Below are positions 13,974 through 15,728 of a stretch of DNA of 15,728 nt, piece after piece. The stretch is from a virus. The position numbers and the translations under genes were made by a program. The notes under the pieces were generated by a model that was given only the letters and a program-made list of their open reading frames with translations, searched no databases and was not told the origin of the DNA. Each line of letters starts with the position of its first letter. The stretch's first letter is position 1. Location of the stretch: the IMG/VR virus record IMGVR_UViG_3300045988_122962, positions 1 through 15,728 of that record. One strand, 5' to 3'.

Positions 13974-14424
13974 CCTCCATGTTGCCCGTGCCCAGCGTCG
14001 ACGTTGCCGTGAGCTTTTCAGGCTCACCCTCGCACGCCCACTCAAATTCGAAGGTGGCGCCCTTCTCGTCGCCCGCCTCGGAGCTAAGCGACGGCTTGAC
14101 ACCCACCTTGGCGCGCACCTTGAAATGCGGCTGCTTGGGCGTCGCGGTCTTGTTGCCGAACGGCGCAACAAGGACATCGAGGGTCTTGCCTGCCTGCTGC
14201 CAGAGCATGTCCCAGAACGAGCCGGGGTCGAACGAGACAATGGCCTTGCCTTTGAGCTTCCAGGATGCGGACGAGCCGCCCAGCGCGTCGGCGAAGGTTA
14301 CAACGTCCTTGTCACTGGTCTCGGGTGAGAGCTCGTAGGACGAGATGTCGGACCAGTAGTCCTTGCCTGCAATAGAGAAACCGAGCTTGTTGCCCAGGAT
14401 GCGAGTGTTTCGGGTGACGGTCAT
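13966..14424 (-). CDS. Major tail protein (152 aa)
   Basis: It lies between the terminator-like and chaperone genes. It is beta-rich, with ...FSIAGKDYWSDISSYELSPETSDKDVVTFADALGG...WKLKGKAIVSFDPGSFWDMLWQQAG..., which is typical of small siphovirus tail tube proteins. Confidence 0.7.
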   Translation of the reverse strand: MTVTRNTRILGNKLGFSIAGKDYWSDISSYELSPETSDKDVVTFADALGGSSASWKLKGKAIVSFDPGSFWDMLWQQAGKTLDVLVAPFGNKTATPKQPHFKVRAKVGVKPSLSSEAGDEKGATFEFEWACEGEPEKLTATSTLGTGNMEDA

Positions 14425-14819
14425 TGGTTTGTCCTTCCAATTGAGTAGGTGAGAGCGGTCGAGATGGGGGCTGCCAGGTAGGTTTGTCCGTCTGCGCTTG
14501 TGATGCCAGTGTAGGCGTCGACGGCGGCGAAAGTTCCAGATCGGACGAGTGCAATAACGATCTCGTCGACGGCGGTGTCAAGTCGCTCGACGGCGAGTGC
14601 GTTTGTTGTCGGCGCGACAGTCACCGTGAGGTTGAGTCGCACGGTGACGGCCCCGTATGTCGCGTCGTCCGTCGTGACCATCTGCGCCGCTTCTGTGATG
14701 ACGATGCACGGCGGTTGTAGGCGTTCGGGGACGTTGGCGATGACGGGGAGGTCTGTCGCCGCTTGGAGGATGGCGGTCAGGTCGGCGCGCGCCGCCGCGA
14801 TGGGCCCTGGGTCAGTCAT
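14421..14819 (-). CDS. Tail terminator-like neck protein (132 aa)
   Basis: It sits immediately upstream of the major tail gene, with ATGA overlaps on both sides. The pattern (...LPVIANVPERLQPPCIVITEA...VRLNLTVTV...AVDEIVIAL...YLAAPISTALTY) resembles gpU/DUF3168-type terminators. The assignment is tentative. Confidence 0.5.
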   Translation of the reverse strand: MTDPGPIAAARADLTAILQAATDLPVIANVPERLQPPCIVITEAAQMVTTDDATYGAVTVRLNLTVTVAPTTNALAVERLDTAVDEIVIALVRSGTFAAVDAYTGITSADGQTYLAAPISTALTYSIGRTNQ

Positions 14820-15130
14820 GAGATTGCGAGTCCTAGATAGGGGGCGAGTAGGGGACGTGCGGCGACGAGCGGGTCACGCGCGACGCGGATAACGGACGCG
14901 CCGTCGAATCCGTCGGCGAAAGACTTGACGCCGTTCGGTGCGCTGCGACGGTGATACAGCTCGGCGGCGACCTCGATAACGGCGCGGTCGCGCACGTCGC
15001 TTGGTACGGGTGCGCCGCCGACCTGACTTTCGACGAGCGCCCGCGCTTCGGTGAGACAGAGTGTCAGGAATTCGTCAGGGTACACGTCGCCGACGTAGGC
15101 GGCGAGTCTGGTAGTCAGGTCGGCGGCCAT
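14816..15130 (-). CDS. Head-tail adaptor/connector protein (104 aa)
   Basis: It is the first gene after the capsid gene (1-nt gap). ...DEFLTLCLTEARALVESQVGG...RDRAVIEVAAELYHRR... is typical of gp6-like head-tail connector proteins. Confidence 0.65.
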   Translation of the reverse strand: MAADLTTRLAAYVGDVYPDEFLTLCLTEARALVESQVGGAPVPSDVRDRAVIEVAAELYHRRSAPNGVKSFADGFDGASVIRVARDPLVAARPLLAPYLGLAIS

Positions 15131-15131
15131 G

Positions 15132-15728
15132 TCACGCGCCGATCTTCAGGGGCACGAGGCCGGACGGGATTTCGACGGCCACGGCCCCGTAGCGGTAGAC
15201 GGAGAACTGCTTACTGAGGTTGATGATGTTCTCGTCCTGGAGCTGGACGACGGGCGTCTCGTAGCTTCGCACGGCCTCGCGGTTGTAGAACGCGCCGACG
15301 ATGCCTGCGCCCATCTGCCCGGGCGTCGCGCGCAGGTTGCAGGTGACGGGCACGTCGAGGATGACACCGGAAAGTCCCTTCGCGTCCGTCGTGCCGATGG
15401 TGTTGGCCGGGTTTTCGGCGGCGCGCATGAGGGGCCGTCCGTCGGTGCCGGTGAGGCCGGTGAGCGCCTTGAAGGTGGCGAGGTCGACAACGAGGCCGTC
15501 GAGGGTGAGGCCCTGGTCGGCGAACTTGGCGGCGGCGTCGATGAACAGGCTGGAGATGTCTGCCCAGTTGAGCGCGGTCGCTGCCTTGGAGGAGGCGAGC
15601 TTGTTGGTGTCCTGTCCCTTGACACCCTCGGCGAATTGCGCTGCGAAATAGGCGGCGCTGCGCTGCCCGGCGGCGATCGCCATTCCTCGCAGAGACGTAT
15701 CCAGGAGGTTGATGCGCGTGCGCTCGAT
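15132..15728 (-). CDS. Major capsid protein (HK97 fold), C-terminal part; the ORF enters from position 1 by circular wrap
   Basis: The translation (...LVVDLATFKALTGLTGTDGRPLM...AFYNREAVRSYETPVVQLQDENIINLSKQFSVYRYGAVAVEIP...) looks like an HK97-type capsid C-terminus. The stop is TGA at 15134-15132. The frame has no stop up to the window end and matches the frame at positions 1-547 (15673 mod 3 = 1; triplet phases agree). Confidence 0.85.
   Translation of the reverse strand: MERTRINLLDTSLRGMAIAAGQRSAAYFAAQFAEGVKGQDTNKLASSKAATALNWADISSLFIDAAAKFADQGLTLDGLVVDLATFKALTGLTGTDGRPLMRAAENPANTIGTTDAKGLSGVILDVPVTCNLRATPGQMGAGIVGAFYNREAVRSYETPVVQLQDENIINLSKQFSVYRYGAVAVEIPSGLVPLKIGA
15674..15728. repeat. 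Terminal direct repeat, copy 2 (circular-closure overlap)
   Basis: Exact 55-bp copy of positions 1-55. This implies a unit length of 15,673 bp. Confidence 0.95.

Noticed and set aside
13557-14240. N-terminal extensions of track ORFs (13557..14240, 8888..9352, 7364..7990, 7816..8142, 4061..4477, 5602..6006, 1038..2195).
   Set aside because: The extensions overlap the upstream gene extensively and read as Arg/Ser/Pro-rich junk. Internal ATGs sit at or next to the upstream stop (ATGA/TAATG overlaps) with good RBS motifs, so the genes were trimmed to those starts.
1-15728. Search by eye for tRNA, rRNA, integrase or recombinase, transposase, toxin-antitoxin pairs, and known defence or anti-CRISPR signatures.
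   Set aside because: Nothing recognisable was found. Every stretch longer than about 110 bp is occupied by the genes listed. Absence is by inspection only and should be confirmed with tRNAscan-SE, HMM and profile searches.

Overview
The window is a complete, very small, GC-rich tailed-phage (siphovirus-type) genome of actinobacteriophage style. Bases 1-55 are identical to 15674-15728, so the unique unit is 15,673 bp. A minus-strand ORF reads in frame across that junction. I can support about 26 genes, all on the minus strand. They are tightly packed, often with ATGA/GTGA start-stop overlaps and AAGGA/GGGAGG-type ribosome-binding sites. Reading along the minus strand from about 4060, the order is as follows. 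A candidate cos region comes first, then small and large terminase, an HK97-type portal, and a prohead protease fused in frame to the major capsid protein (wraps the window ends). Next are a head-tail adaptor, tail terminator, major tail protein, a displaced HK97 gp10-like protein, and tail chaperones with a possible frameshift. These are followed by a 760-aa tape measure, one 548-aa tail-tip protein, and a 110-aa H-type-lectin-like receptor-binding candidate. The lysis cassette (amidase endolysin, holin, membrane/coiled-coil protein) follows and ends at a strong hairpin. After it come an acidic orphan gene bracketed by two hairpins, two XRE-type HTH proteins, a small membrane protein, a winged-helix/Cys-cluster replication-initiator candidate, a hypothetical gene, and an HNH endonuclease next to the cos region. 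I saw no integrase, DNA polymerase, helicase, primase, tRNA or CRISPR array. All family assignments come from motif recognition by eye; no database search was possible. The most unusual points are the protease-capsid fusion with an internal RBS and start, the minimal tail tip, the hairpin-bracketed acidic gene, and the palindrome overlapping a promoter-like site.
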